The notes under the pieces: generated by a model
Database searches by the model: none
What the model was told of the DNA's origin: nothing
The model's input: only the letters and a program-made list of their open reading frames with translations
Shown: one piece after another, positions 1-12,754 of the stretch
How the letters are laid out: every line of letters begins with the position of its first letter
Numbering within the stretch: position 1 is the first letter of the stretch
Position numbers and translations under genes: made by a program
Assembly (NCBI GenBank): GCA_010909165.1
Contig: MU008159.1
Location: 496,001-560,000 of the forward strand
Reading direction: 5' to 3'
Source of the DNA: Anthoceros angustus
Lineage: Eukaryota; Plantae; Anthocerotophyta
DNA: 64,000 nucleotides

Positions 1-530
1 ATGGGGTTCTTGCGAGTTGCTCACCGGTACCATCTGCGCACTTCCAAGTGGCTACCGGCCCCATTTCTGTTGCATCCTAGCATAAACTATGTGCAGCGTC
101 TAGGTTCCTCGATTGCATATGTGGCTAGATAATATACACCTACACATATGAAAAGAAAAGAGCTGTATTGAGGCACGAGATGGGGAGCCCATCCACCTTT
201 AGAAGGCCAACTCGGGAACCAAGGGTTACATTTCGAGAAAGCAGTAAAGCTCCAAACCTAAAAGTCACCTATATCTCCTACAATATCATAATTAGACAGA
301 CTGAAAGGCCCATATTTAATAGATATAAATAAGTGTAAATATTATATAATCTTATCTGTTAGGTTTCATCGGTATATAGTTTTTTTCAACCACAAATTCA
401 TACAACGTTTACGTCTAGTTAGGTTTTAGGCTTTAAAAATCGTGTAGAGTCTAGGGTCTGGAGTTTAGGATTTAGGTTTCAGGAATCGTTGTGTACAAAA
501 TATATTTTTAATTCCTCATATAGAAAGTAT

Positions 531-690
531 TATTTTAAGACTCTTCCGAATATGAATTTCTTTTTTAAGACTCTTCGAATGTAAAAGACCTTTTTAGGAC
601 TCTTCATATGTCAAATTCCTTTTCTAAGATTCTTGTATGTAAAGTACTTTCTTAAGACTCCTCGAATATAAAGTACCATTTTAAGATTTT
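531..690. repeat. Degenerate ~30-bp tandem repeat (5-6 copies), core TTTTAAGACTCTTC
   Basis: The core recurs near 533, 563, 592, 622 and 651 with ~29-30 nt spacing. Confidence 0.6.
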
Positions 691-1038
691 TTTTAGACTA
701 CATATAAACCTTTTGTCATCAGTAAGATTCAAAGTATTGAGGTTTAGAGTATTTTTCAAGCGGGACTGTTCGATAGACTTTATTGTAAAAGATAGGAGAG
801 ATACACACGTCGTCTTGAAACCAAGATTGAACAAGACCATTTTTTTCATAATTATCTAGCTTCAACATATAAAATAGAAAAAACTTAATACAAGCCTCAT
901 CCAGCTCAATTTGTGAATGTGACCTTTTATTTATTAATATTATAGATTATTACTTTTATCATCGAGGTTCAAGGTATAAAATAGCGGGGAATTAAGATAA
1001 TCTTTCCTATATATGTAAGTGTAAGTTGCACATAATTG

Positions 1039-2535
1039 ATGAGATTTGAATCCTATAACTTCATTATGTCTGGAGTTGAAGCAATGGAGAATTTTGTATA
1101 TTTTTCCCCGAAAGAAGCCGTCAATGCACTTGAGGAAACATTAGGCTATATTTTTGAGGATAAAAATCTTTTGTTAGCGGCAATAACACACAAGTCACAT
1201 GAAGGTGCTGGTATATGGGGTTCTTATGAGGTATGGATTATTAAAAGGCAGTTTTCAATTATTTTTTAAAATTTTAGTCCAACTTACCAATACCAATACA
1301 CTTGATTTTTCTACTTTTTGAATCATGTCCTATAATTGAATGTTTCTCATGCAGCGGCTAGAACATGTGGGAGACACTTTGCTTAGTGCTATGTTAACTA
1401 AACACTTCTATGAAAATTATACAAATGCTTCTGAAGGAGATATGACTCGTATGAGGTCAGCTATGGTGAACAACGAGTCACTTGCAAAAGTTGCTATCAA
1501 GCATAATCTTGGCCGCTACATCCAGCATAGAGAAAAAAATGTTTATACCCAGATAGTGAACTGTAATCTTGACGATATCAACAGCGAGAAGTGTCCAAAA
1601 GTACTGTAGCCTACTTTTCACTACTCTTCTATGGCTTATACATGCACTAGAGATCTTATTATGTCAAATGAATAGCATATCTGAATATAGTTTTTCAATA
1701 GATTTTGGCAGATATTGTCGAAAGCATAGTGGCTGCAATTTTTATTGATACAAAAGATGATTTTCGGAAAACATGGAATATTATACGTCCGCTCATGTTG
1801 CCAATGGTCACTCCAGATGAGTTCTTAGGATCTCCTTCATCAGTAAGAATCTAATGTTCCTTTTTTTTTCTCATGTCATAATATTGAGTCTTTCTTTTAT
1901 GTTGTTGGGCACTAAAATGAAAGTTCTTATTTCCACTTAAGACTGACATCACTTGAAAGTTAATGAAAAATGCATTTACAGTTGACGCAGAAACGAAGGA
2001 GACTACTAGAATCTATGGATACGGAAGTTCCACAGAAAAAGATGAGTAAGTATTATTCTTATGCCTATATTTAATAATAATATCTTTGCCATGTTCAATC
2101 TTGTCGAAGTAATGTTTTTCTTTTTGCAGAGCACAACCATGTAGAATCTAAGAAAAAGACACCCCAAGAGGCATCTTCTCGACACAAGGCCAAACTCAAC
2201 GAACTTTGTGCACAAAACCATTGGGTTTTGCCAATATACTTCATGAATGAAGAAGGACTTCCTCATCGAAGAAGGTGAGATAGGGCTTCAGTACACTTCC
2301 AGCAAAAGGCCACAACTTGAAAGCTATGCTCACAATGATATTATTTTGCAGATTCACATGCAGGGCGAAGGTTATGATGACTAATTCAAGTACAGGAATG
2401 GTCATGGAAGCCGTTGAAGGCATAGGTACCCCACAAACGTGCAAGAAAGATGCTGAAAATGCAGCAGCCGAAGTCATACTTGAAACTATAGGGAAGCGTT
2501 TGGAGAAAACCAAGACCGAAAATGAGAAATCCTAG
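1039..2535 (+). CDS. RNase III-like (RTL family) protein: one RNase III domain plus one C-terminal dsRNA-binding domain, 6 exons
   Basis: GT-AG exons 1039(or 1066)-1230, 1355-1600, 1702-1842, 1982-2045, 2130-2274 and 2352-2535 splice in frame. They give LEETLGYIFEDKNLLLAAITHKS, SYE|RLEHVGD (RNase III signature), PK|ILADIVESIVAAIFID (second catalytic motif) and the dsRBD KAKLNELCAQNHWVLPIY..EEGLPHRR|RFTC...KKDAENAAAE. Confidence 0.88.
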
Positions 2536-3670
2536 ATTATTAATTCCATGATTCCGAGGGGAATTTCCAAAATAATTGAGCCCAGTAATTACAAAGAAAT
2601 AATATATATATTATATTTTTTACTTTTAATTTTTCTAAACAGCATGATACTTACCTACAGAGCCGAGTGTAATGTATTCTCCGATTTCTCATTTCGTTGC
2701 TACATACTAGATAGCCGCCTAGGAGACATAGCCTAGCTATTGGACATGACTGCTTGAGGTAATCTTTTTGGGGTTATGTCATTCTAAACCTTTTTAGGGT
2801 TTTAGCTCTTGTCTTGATTGTGATCCTCGTTGCGATTGTAACCTATACCTTGATTACATCTAGTTTTTAGTGTCTAATGAAATTATGGATTTTAAAAATG
2901 CTTAGCAATGTAAGGCTATTCTCGATAATACACCACTCTGAAAGGGTTACATTTCTAGATTCAAATTAAGAAATGAAAAGTGAAAAGTAGTCTACGTTGA
3001 GTCATGTATGCGATTGAGGGAACCTCTACTCGGTTTGCATTTATGGTCTGGAATTCTGTTCATATTATTTGGTGGAACTCTATTGATCTCACTTGGTGGA
3101 GTTTTGTTGATATCAAGTATGCCAACTGACATTCCCAAAAATACTGTTGCCTTTGGCATTTTGCAACCTCTTATTCTTGATATTCTAGTGTCTTATGTGC
3201 AATGTTTGTGCAGAAGGGATAAGGATAATGTGGCTAGTTCTGCCCTTAGGGCTTCGCCGCATTGAAAGAGCAAACAAACAAGGACATGGACTTTGGCTAG
3301 GACGCACAACAAGTCTTGTCCCTCATGAATTTTGTTGTCATGACTTAGTCACAAGTGTACCCGGTCCTTTTGAACGTGTCATCCAATAAAATTGGTGACA
3401 TTTCAAAAAGAGTTATTTATTACATTATTATGAATACGGCGAGAAAGCCAAAATGCATAGAACCATACATTGCACATAACTTAGTTTGCAAACCAAGGCA
3501 CATGTGCATACAGCCATAATGCGATTCATATACAAATGAGACTCGCGCTATGGGGGAGTATACGTAGAGAGTAAGGGCGCGTTTATACACAATTTAGAAT
3601 AAGGCAGCCACCATATGACCCCATGGTTGCCCAACCTATGGTGGTTGAAGTCAAGTTAGTCAACATTTCT

Positions 3671-4276
3671 GGAAATATGATTGCTTGTAGGCCTTTGGAG
3701 ATAGCTATGGTGATTAGTGGTTTTGGCTAAAACATGCATTGTAAAGCATTTCTTAGTGAGAGCATTCCATCATTAAGCTTTGGCCAAAAAATCCCTTCAA
3801 AAACACAAGAGTTACTTTTATAACCTTAAACCCGGACAAGACTTGACTTATTTAGGCGGTGAGGGCCTTGAAATATGATTGCTTGTAGGCCTTTGGAGAT
3901 AGCTATGGTGATTAGTGGTTTTGGCTAAAACATTGTAAAGCATTTCTTAGTGAGCATTCCATCATTAAGCTTTGGCCAAAAAAATCCCTTCAAAAAACAC
4001 AAGAGTTACTTTTTATAACCTTAAACCTGGACAAGACTTGACTTATTTAGGCGGGCGGTGAGGAGCGCGGAAATATGATTGCTTGTAGGCCTTTGGAGAT
4101 AGCTATGGTGATTAGTGGTTTTGGCTAAAACATGCATTGTAAAGCATTTCTTAGTGAGAGCATTCCATCATTAAGCTTTGGCCAAAAAAATCCCTTCAAA
4201 AAACACAAGAGTTACTTTTTATAACCTTAAACCTGGACAAGACTTGACTTATTTAGGCGGGCGGTGAGGAGCGCGG
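3671..4276. repeat. Three near-identical ~199-bp tandem copies just beyond the 3' end of the CRE ORF
   Basis: GAAATATGATTGCTTGTAGGCC...GACTTATTTAGGCGG starts at ~3671, ~3870 and ~4069. Confidence 0.9.
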
Positions 4277-4285
4277 TGCAGGAGG

Positions 4286-5956
4286 CTAGGAGCACGGTGA
4301 GGCGGCGGTGAGGAGCGTCGTAGGATCATAGTAGAGAGGCGGCGCGAGGTTGTGGGAGCGGAGCGCGGTGCGGGGCCCGCGGTCATCGGGTTTTGGCGGG
4401 ATGTGAAAAGGCCTACTTACCACAGGGGCCGAAGAAGCCGAAGCCGCAGCCCTCGCCGTTGTCCTGTACACCGCGTTGGCCAATGCCCTCTGCAGGGCAA
4501 TGGATACTCGGTACTTGAAGAAATCTACAATACAAGAAAGGGGCAGGCCAGCCCCACTCTTGCGGCTGTGATAAGCCTTAGCACAAGCCTTGACGAACCT
4601 AGAGAAATCCTTGCCTATGGCCCCGTGCGTCTCGATTGCAAGGGGGATGAAGGTGTGGCATGGGAGAGTACTTGTGGACCTTAGTCGTCGAGCATCCCTC
4701 CGCCGCCCAACTCGGAGGCTTAAGGATAATATGTTCGTAGAAACTGTCCCGGGTAGGGTCTGTTACAACTACATCAGCAATAGAAACTTGGTCCCCCCGG
4801 ATCAAAGAAAAGTCAGCCCTTAGCGAGACACCGTTGAGATGGGTGTAAAGGCGCTCTCTAAAGGGAAAGAACCCGCCCTCCCTAGCTATCGAGAACATGA
4901 CGTCCCGGACGGTGTCATGCATAACAATACACTGCCCACCAACGAGACGCCCCAAACGAAAGCCTCCAAGATGTGTGAATCCCAGATTAAGAAATAGGAG
5001 GCCGGGATGGGGGCAGAGAGGGCCCAGCTCCCTAAGAAAGCCGCTGGTGCATAGGCTTCCATGGTTAGCAGACCAGTGCCCCCAAAAGCGACGGAAGGAA
5101 AGCCCGCTGCCTAGCCAGATCCCCGGCCACACACTCGAAAGTGTCTGGGCTGCTGATGTCGCCCAAATCCTGTATAATTTGTTCTTCGATATCCCGCAGG
5201 CTGGACAAGAAAACCGAGGAGGGGGGCATTGTTCGGAGAAGGTATGTTGGGCGGCATGCAAAACAGAAAGAGAGTACCCACGCACTACCTGCGGGCTCCC
5301 CAGCTGAGAAAGGTTGACGATATGAGCCAAATCCTCCCTCAAAGCCGCGTCTACGTATTCTTGGATAAAGGCCGGGGGCCTTATCAGGACACTGAGAACC
5401 CGAAGCCCCGGTGGAGAAGCAATATCCCCCTCTTGATACCGAAGAGATGACGAAACGCCTGAAGGAGACCAAACCTTGCACTTAAACGATCTTGACCTTT
5501 AAGCCAAGGCGAGAGAGCTCTGAGGAGAAGAAGTCAAAAGCCTCCTTAACCTTGTCCCTAGGCCCCAGGATATGGGTGTCGTCAGCCACTGACGGATACA
5601 CACATTCTCACACTGAAGAGGCAGTTAAAGACAAAGCTCTGAAATTTGCCATGGCAATGAGGGCACCCCCCAAAGGATCACCTTGCCTTATGCCTGTTGC
5701 CGAGTCCAGCACAGAAACTCCTTGCACCGAGGGCCCATGTTCATAGTAGAGGTTGGAGGGAGACCCATAGAAAGAGCGAACAAAGAAGATAAGACTGGCC
5801 AACTGCCCACCTACGTTCTTGAGCTCGTAGAAAAAGGCCCCCCACGAGACAGTGCTTCAGCATTCTCAACGTCGACTTGAAGAGCAACCCAATCCGGATG
5901 CGTCTCGAGAACCATCTCGACTCCAAAAGCCACCAACCTGCAGCCCCCCTAGAGAA
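4286..5956 (-). mobile_element. Decayed CRE-clade non-LTR retrotransposon, 3' part (RT C-half plus restriction-like endonuclease)
   Basis: Minus-strand motifs across frameshifts: HPDWVALQVDVENA, VRSFYG, SATGIRQGDPLGGAL, ADDTHILGP, HDTVRD, RADF..IADVVVTDP, K..KY, FIPLAIETHG, LQRALANAV. These are typical of RLE-type (CRE) LINEs. Confidence 0.75.
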
Positions 5957-8099
5957 CAGTGTTTCTCAGCATAGGGGTTTGTCTTCGAATCCCATTTTGG
6001 CCCCAACCATCCAGAAATGCACATGTCTCATTTCACTGTTTTCAGTGATTTGCGAACCCACAGCCCATGCATCCGAGCCCAAAAGAAGACCTAATGTGCT
6101 CACCGTCCGCACAAATGCCAGACACACCTTTGTACAAAGTGGCCGGATGACTGGCGCACTTATGCTCCAAAGAGTGGAGTGCGAGCGTCAGCCTTATACT
6201 CCAAAGAGGTGCAATACACGGGTTTGGAGAGGGTTGCGTCAATACTTGTGTAGGCAAGCACTTTCGTTCAAGTTGCTTGTGCACACTTGCCACCGCACCA
6301 ACACTCACATCAATTCTCTTTTCAAACCCCGTGATTGAGCAATCCGGATGGCGGGCATACCTGTCACTGGCCCCTCGTGTCGAGATAAGCCGCACTTAGA
6401 TCTGCGCATTGGGCCCTTGGTGAGGTGGACAAGGTAAAGGATGGTGAGGCCTCCTCAACCGTTCTTGATCAAACTCTTGAGCTTACATTTCTTCTTGTCA
6501 AGTCCGCATCGCTTTCAACCTTAATCTATCCATGGGTGGCACATGGAGCAAGTCGATCTTAAATTCAAAATCTCTGGCGAAGCTTGGCTATAGTTCGCCT
6601 CCAACACCTATTGCGCCACATGTAGTGGGCGTCACGGTGGGTATAGACAGGTCCTCCTTGAGCCTCACGAAATACTCAGCCATTTGGTCAAAACCCCATC
6701 GGGCGACCCCTCTTTCTTAGATACTCGTTGGCTCTCACTAGGGCTCGCGGTGGCGAGCGGATGCTCTCTTATACTTGTGTTCATTTGCAAGCGAGGCTTT
6801 CATTACTCAAGGAAAATCATCTATTCTATTTATTTTCTTGCTTCTCTGCAAAACATTGTGAAACATTATGCGTCTTCAAAAGGTTGGCCATTAGAAACCA
6901 CCATCATACATGTCGAATTTTGGAAAATGTAGCTCATCTAGAAACCAAGGCCTATGCATCTATCGTGCATCAAACTCGAATGAGCGGACATTTGGCGCAC
7001 CAATCAAAGAGATCCATGCAAGTCATCGAGGGGCACATAGAGTAAGGCCAAAAGGTTTTACATGTTGTATACAAAGCGAATGTGGGAATATAACATCAAC
7101 CAACAAATGATTTTCAAAATAATATTCATGACTTTACGCCTAGATACCGGATGATTTACAAATTTTTCAAACCACTAAAATCAACACTCCATCCTAGTAT
7201 TGATACGCCTAGGTTGCTTAACAAAGGAGTTGTTACAAAGTTTTCAAAGCGCCAAAACAAGCAAGCCATCCTACTAATCCGACCCAAGAGTGCTTAAGGA
7301 AGTTCTAAAGCACCAAAGTCAAGCACCCCATCCTCCGATCCGACCCAAGGTGCTTAACCTTGAGTTCTTATGCCATTGAGTCTATCTGCACCTATCCCAA
7401 GCGATGCTATAGAGACAAACAATATATACATTTGCGGACGTCCGCGATCCACTCCACCATTTCCATCTCGCCGACGCCCACAAGATTGGGGTCTCAAAAT
7501 GCGCCGGACGTCCGCGCAGTTTTAGCAGACTCGCGCCAATGTGCCGAACGTCCGCGATTGTTCCAATTCCTTCTATGTTTTCACTCTAACAATGGAGATC
7601 CTGTGGTTGTGTACTCAAAAGTGCACCAGCCCAACGCTACTTTTAGAGTCGTAGTTTGGTCCTCTCGAGATGGCCATGATCGCTATCGGTTAATGTTCTC
7701 TCACAATTCGGACGTCGCGATTTCTTTCGACTTGCAATTGCTACTTTTGCGTGTTGCGCCGGACGTCCGCAGCTTGGCTTGTCGGACTAATTTTGTTTGG
7801 TTTTGCCCTCTTCACCACCGCTAGGAAGTACTATCGCTGCGAAAGAGGTGTTTAGGATTCCTAGCACTTAAAATCCTTGAAATCCCTTCCTTGTGAAGGT
7901 GAAATCCATGAACCTTCTTGGCTTCAACCTGTAGCGTAAGTATTCACGAGAAAATAACATAGTCAATGTCTTTCAATACATGTCTAAAGAGTGGTTTTGC
8001 TAAAGATGATGCATTTTGGCCCGTTTTCGGGGGTCATTTTTTGGTCTTTAGAGACCCAACCCTTTTAATGAAGAATAACCCCTATGCTGAGAGACGCTG
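5957..8099. mobile_element. Non-autonomous hAT-like DNA transposon (~2.14 kb) inserted in the CRE RT
   Basis: Left end CAGTGTTTCTCAGCATAGGGGTT (5957) matches the reverse complement of the right end, CAGCGTCTCTCAGCATAGGGGTT (8099). The 8-bp flanks CTAGAGAA / TTAGAGTA match 6/8 (TSD). Removing the element restores the in-frame RT text H*FGIVL*GGC. Confidence 0.8.
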
Positions 8100-8445
8100 T
8101 TAGAGTACAATCCCAAACTAATGGGGACTAAGATGGGCCTGGAACTCCCTTCGGAGCTGGATGACAATGCTATGGCCAATAAGCTGCAGGATCGACTCCC
8201 CTACGACGATAGGGCGCACCCCACGGGTGGGCTTCTCCATGGCCAGCAACCTGCTCGCCCTCAAAACTTGAGAAATCCGTAGAGGAGTCTCCCCCCTCAC
8301 CACTGCAACCGCTAGAAGAAATAGCTCAGAAAAACCGCTAGAGGGATTCTCCGAAGTAAAGTAGTCCCAGAGGTGGTTGTAGACCGTACCTAATAGACTG
8401 CCCGAAGAAAGACGTGGAGCAATAGTAAACGCCCAGTAGGAGACC
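8100..8445 (-). mobile_element. CRE-clade retrotransposon, RT N-terminal part
   Basis: APRLSSGSLLGTVYNHLWD...SRLLAMEKPTRGVRPIVVGESIL...FQAHLSPH*FG; it continues into the 5956 fragment once the TIR element is removed. Confidence 0.8.
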
Positions 8446-10304
8446 TGGTCAGTGTGACGATCGATGTTTGGAATTTGAGGAGCATGGAATGAATGCCTTT
8501 TATCATGTAAAAAAAAATGTTTCGTTCTCATTTCTCTACTGCAATGATCAGCTCACCAACGTTAACGTTAACGTGAGCGTTCGTTGGTGTGATGTTGTCG
8601 CAAATGCGCCGGAAGGAAAGAAATGATGTTCGTGCGGCTGCTCTTTAGTGAAAGCTTAATTTAATATTTAATTGTAGCTAGCCCACTACAAATTAATTGC
8701 GAGTTTGAAGCATAGACCAATGTTGCAGACGGAAGGATGCAAAGCAGTTTGAGAGGAGTCTCTCAAAGCGAAAACAAGCTAATGACTAGGCATGTTCGTT
8801 GTTCTAATTATTTATCCTTGTTGTTGCTTCCGGTGGCGAAATCCACCAAGGATCCAGCAGAAACACTGGTGCTCAGCTGTACGGGTAGGAGGAAGCCACC
8901 TCCAAACCGCAGCGTTGTCGCATATCGACACCCACCACCTTGCCCTCGTTATCGTGCATGAGATATACTTTCCGGCCCGCCACGACTCTCATATGAAAAG
9001 ACATATGGTCGTCCGAACGGCTGGCGGTAATCGATGAAGATGGAAGCGGGCATGGTGGCCATCACCGTCAGACATGCTCTCGAACAAAGCTGACTTATTC
9101 GAAAGTGGTTTATCGTGCCCATGGCCTCCTCGCTCTCTTGTGAGCGATCATGATTCAGTTTACGTCCGCTCGGCAAGCGGTTCCATGGTCTTGGCACCAA
9201 GCTCGTATGTCTCGCCTTTTATCCTCGACGGATGGTGCTACGGGCGAGCTAATCAAGTTTTAGAGGATATACTCCGTGCTTATGCAGTGTGCACCAAACT
9301 CGGTGGCTGGACTTTCTCCACCTCGTTGAGTTTGCCTACAACAACGCCCTAACGCCTCAACCCGAGTTACTCCATTCTTGTTCAACAAAGGTTTTCACCC
9401 CGCGTTGCTTTCGCTTCCTTGCCTTCCGCGCTTGTGTCCTCGCTTGTCGATTTTCTCACCAACGTGTCCAATTCCGCAGAGGCTCGTCGGTTTGCCCATG
9501 GAACCCAAACCGCCCAATCGCCAATCATCGCCGTCCTCAAGAATTTGCGGTTGGTACCTATGTCTTGCATGCCTTTATCCTTCCGGGATTCGTAAGATTT
9601 CCCTCGTTTTGTTGGTCCTTCGTATCCTCCGTTGCATTGGGGCCCGAGCTTGCCCTTCCTCCCGAATCTCGCATTCACCACTTCCGAACACTAACCATGT
9701 TTTGATCCCGCAATGACTGGCCACGAGCTCGAGTATGCTCACATTGACCGATGCACTTCATCCTTCCACCGCGACAATAGAATCTACCACCGCCTGGGCA
9801 TATTTCAAAGCCCCTTGCACTCACGATCGGAAAAAGTGGGCTCGAACTCATCTTGCAGTTGCTCGCTCGATCGCCATATCGAAGATGATGATTTGCAAGT
9901 TGGTTTCAAAAGACATGGTAGCGACATGGTACCACGTGATTCCAAAGTCGATGACGATCGATGTTTGGAATTTGAGGAGCATGGAGTGAATGCCTTTATC
10001 ATGTAAAAAAATGTTTCGTTCTCATTTCTCTCTGCGATGATCGGCTCACCAACGTTAACGTGAGCGTTCGTTGGTGTGATGTTGCTGGCAAAATGCGCGG
10101 AAGGAAAGAAATGATGTTCGACTGCGGCTGCTCTTTAGTGAAAGCTTAATTTAATATTTAATTGTAGCTAGCGCTACACAAGGCGATTATTGCGAGTTTG
10201 AAGCATAGACCAATGTTGCAGACGGAAGGATGCAAAGCAGTTTGAGAGGAGTCTCTCAAAGCGAAAACAAGCTAATGACTAGGCATGTTCGTTGTTCTAA
10301 TTAT

Positions 10305-11532
10305 TTATCCTTGTTGTTGCTTCCGGTGGCGAAATCCAGCCAAGGATCCAGCAGAAACACTGGTGCTCAGCTGTACGGGTAGGAGGAAGCCACCTCCAAA
10401 ACCGCAGCGCGTTTGTCGCATATCGACACCCACCACCTTGCCCTCGTTATCGTGCATGAGATATATGCGTGCCCCGCCACGACTCTCATATGAAAAGACA
10501 TATGGTCGTCCGAACGGCTGGCGGTAATCGATGAAGATGGAAGCGGGCATGGTGGCCATCACCGTCCAGGACATGCTCGCAAAATCTAGCTCCCACACCT
10601 GCACTTCAAACATGGGCGGGCAGTCCTGGAATCGCTGCCACCCTATGGCCACGCACAGCAGGCGGTCTCGCATGTTGAAGTGTCCCTTGCATTTAAGAAC
10701 TTGGAATCCTGCACTAGGCTTGCGCAGAATCATATAGCTCCAACTGGCCCGCTTCAGACAGTACGCCAGTAGATTGCAGCCTGCGACATCCTCATGAGGC
10801 ACGTAGAGCACGCTGCCCACAAACACTCCGTACCCCATATCGAAACAGGCGTCGCGAACAAGCACGTCCATGGCACTGGTTGTCTCACTCCACCTCCAAA
10901 GCACGGAGTCGAAGACGAAGGTCGACACAGTTTGTCCATGTTCTCCACACCCACCGACTCCACTGGATTCACCGCCACCAGCTTGAGGGAGCGCTTTGGC
11001 GTCCACCCACACGCCCGCACATGATGGAGCCGCAAGTCACCCGGGAGAGCCGGCGGTCGAGCGCACCGGGTTGCCCAAGTGCGGGATGGCCATCTGCCCC
11101 GCCCCGCTTTCGCCACGCTGGCGGACATGAGCAAGCCGCCGCATGCCGCTACTTGGGAGCTCCAAAACCCACGTCCGTGGCCTTTGCTCGGTGGCGGCGT
11201 CGGCGGACTGGTCCGACCGCGGCTTGGGTGGCATCCACGAGTCGGAGCTTGTACCGGTTGGAGGCGGTCGTGACGCACGAGGCTTTGCCGGCGTGGGTTG
11301 TAAAGCACGCCACGAAAAGCATCCAATCCGTTCTCCGCTCGCAATTCCACCGCTCCTTCAACAACAAGGGCGACAACACGGCCTTGTTCAACTCTCACAC
11401 CGTGCGCAATCGCAGCAGCTCGGCACGGCACCTTTGCGGGATCGTCATCACAATGTCGTGAGGCGGTCACTCCATTCATCTCCACCCTCCTCGGCATCCA
11501 TCCTTGTCTCACACCCTTCCACCTCCATCCAT
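10305..11532 (-). pseudogene. F-box protein copy 1 (frameshifted as assembled)
   Basis: Same sequence as the 33223-34549 copy. The C-half is intact in ORF 10305-11012 (VSTFVFDS..WRW, LLAYCLKRASW, VQVWELDFASMSWTVMATMP). Confidence 0.7.
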
Positions 11533-11604
11533 CCCACACCGCAATTGCTACAACCTACAACGGAATACGGATGATGTCGAACCTCCGATAGCTACCACTC
11601 CGAC

Positions 11605-12150
11605 CACGGGATATAGAGCTCTAGGCCTTGAAAAGCTAGCTCGAGGCGACTCAAGGGAAGAAGCAAGTGAGTCGATGATTATTTTGGTGTGGGATCGCAT
11701 ATATAGCCTTTACAAATTTGGGCTTGGCGATTCTCGGTGTTCTTCAACTCACCTCCAAACTACATCACGGGATATAGAGCTCTAGGCCTTGCAAAGCTAG
11801 CTCAAGGGACGAAGCAAGTGAGTCGATAATAATTTTGGTGTGTGGGATCGCACATATATAGCCTTTAAAATTTGGTCTTGGTAGATTCTCGGTGTTCTTC
11901 AACTCACCTCCAAACTACGTCACAGGATATAGAGCTCTAGGCCTTGCAAAGCTAGCTCAAGGGACGAAGCAAGTGAGTCTTATAATAATTTTGGTGTGTG
12001 GGATCGCACATATATAGCCTTTTAAAATTTGGTCTTGGTAGATTCTCGGTGTTCTTCAACTCACCTCCAAACTACGTCACATGATATAGAGCTAAGACAT
12101 GCAAAGCTAGTTCGAGGGAGAAGCTTAAGGAAGAAGAAGCAAGTGAGTCT
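11605..12150. repeat. ~155-165-bp tandem repeat upstream of the F-box start, containing TATATA; 2-3 copies plus a partial in each unit
   Basis: CAC(G/A)GGATATAGAGCTCTAGGCC starts at ~11605, 11766 and 11921, with a diverged partial at 12078. Confidence 0.8.
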
Positions 12151-12754
12151 AGATTCTCGTAAGATTCTAGTGGACACCAGACTTTCCAATAGCATGTTGC
12201 GGCCGGAACCTACATACATATGTATATATGCGATTTTGGCATCTTCTCTCGTTGGATATGAGTGCAAAGTGCACATGGGAAAGCAGGCATTGTATATATA
12301 TGTGGAGGAGATGGACAAGCCTCGAGGCGTACCATAGCATACGATATCCTTCATTGGATGTGAATGCAAGCGCACATGGGAGAAAAATAATTGGTTTTAT
12401 TAAAGAAAGAGAATAGATTGGGGTCAGCCATCTATGAAAGGACATCAAAGGAAGATCGCAAGGATTGCTATAGATAGGAGCAATCCACAGCTCAAGTGGG
12501 ATGAAGAGGTGGCTTGCATGCATTGCCCTATGCTTAGTGACCTTGAAAGCCATCCCGTTAGCTATTGCTAACCATGTTTCATTAACACTAATCAATACTT
12601 AATTAATGTAGCGCTTTAGATTAATTAATACTAATTACTTAAAGACAAGTCATTAGATTAATTAATGCTAATCAAACACTAAACCCAAGTGCAGAGTAGT
12701 GTCACACGGTATGACATCCCTTAAGTTCCCCATATTTGCGGGCTTTGATTTAAG

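Noticed and set aside
400-485. Telomere-like TTTAGG motifs
   Set aside because: Few, degenerate and not in register; insufficient for an interstitial telomere call.
2690-2900. Possible LINE 3' tail
   Set aside because: Only a T-rich stretch and a short A-run; no coding motif or TSD.
3008-3389. Hydrophobic 85-aa and 64-aa ORFs
   Set aside because: No recognisable motif or splice structure.
5940-8125. In-frame TAG codons in the RT as candidates for U-to-C editing
   Set aside because: This is a nuclear, frameshifted element; CAG->TAG decay by methyl-C deamination is the simpler explanation.
11605-12150. CRISPR-like repeat-spacer array
   Set aside because: The repeats are contiguous with no unique spacers, there are no cas genes, and the context is eukaryotic.
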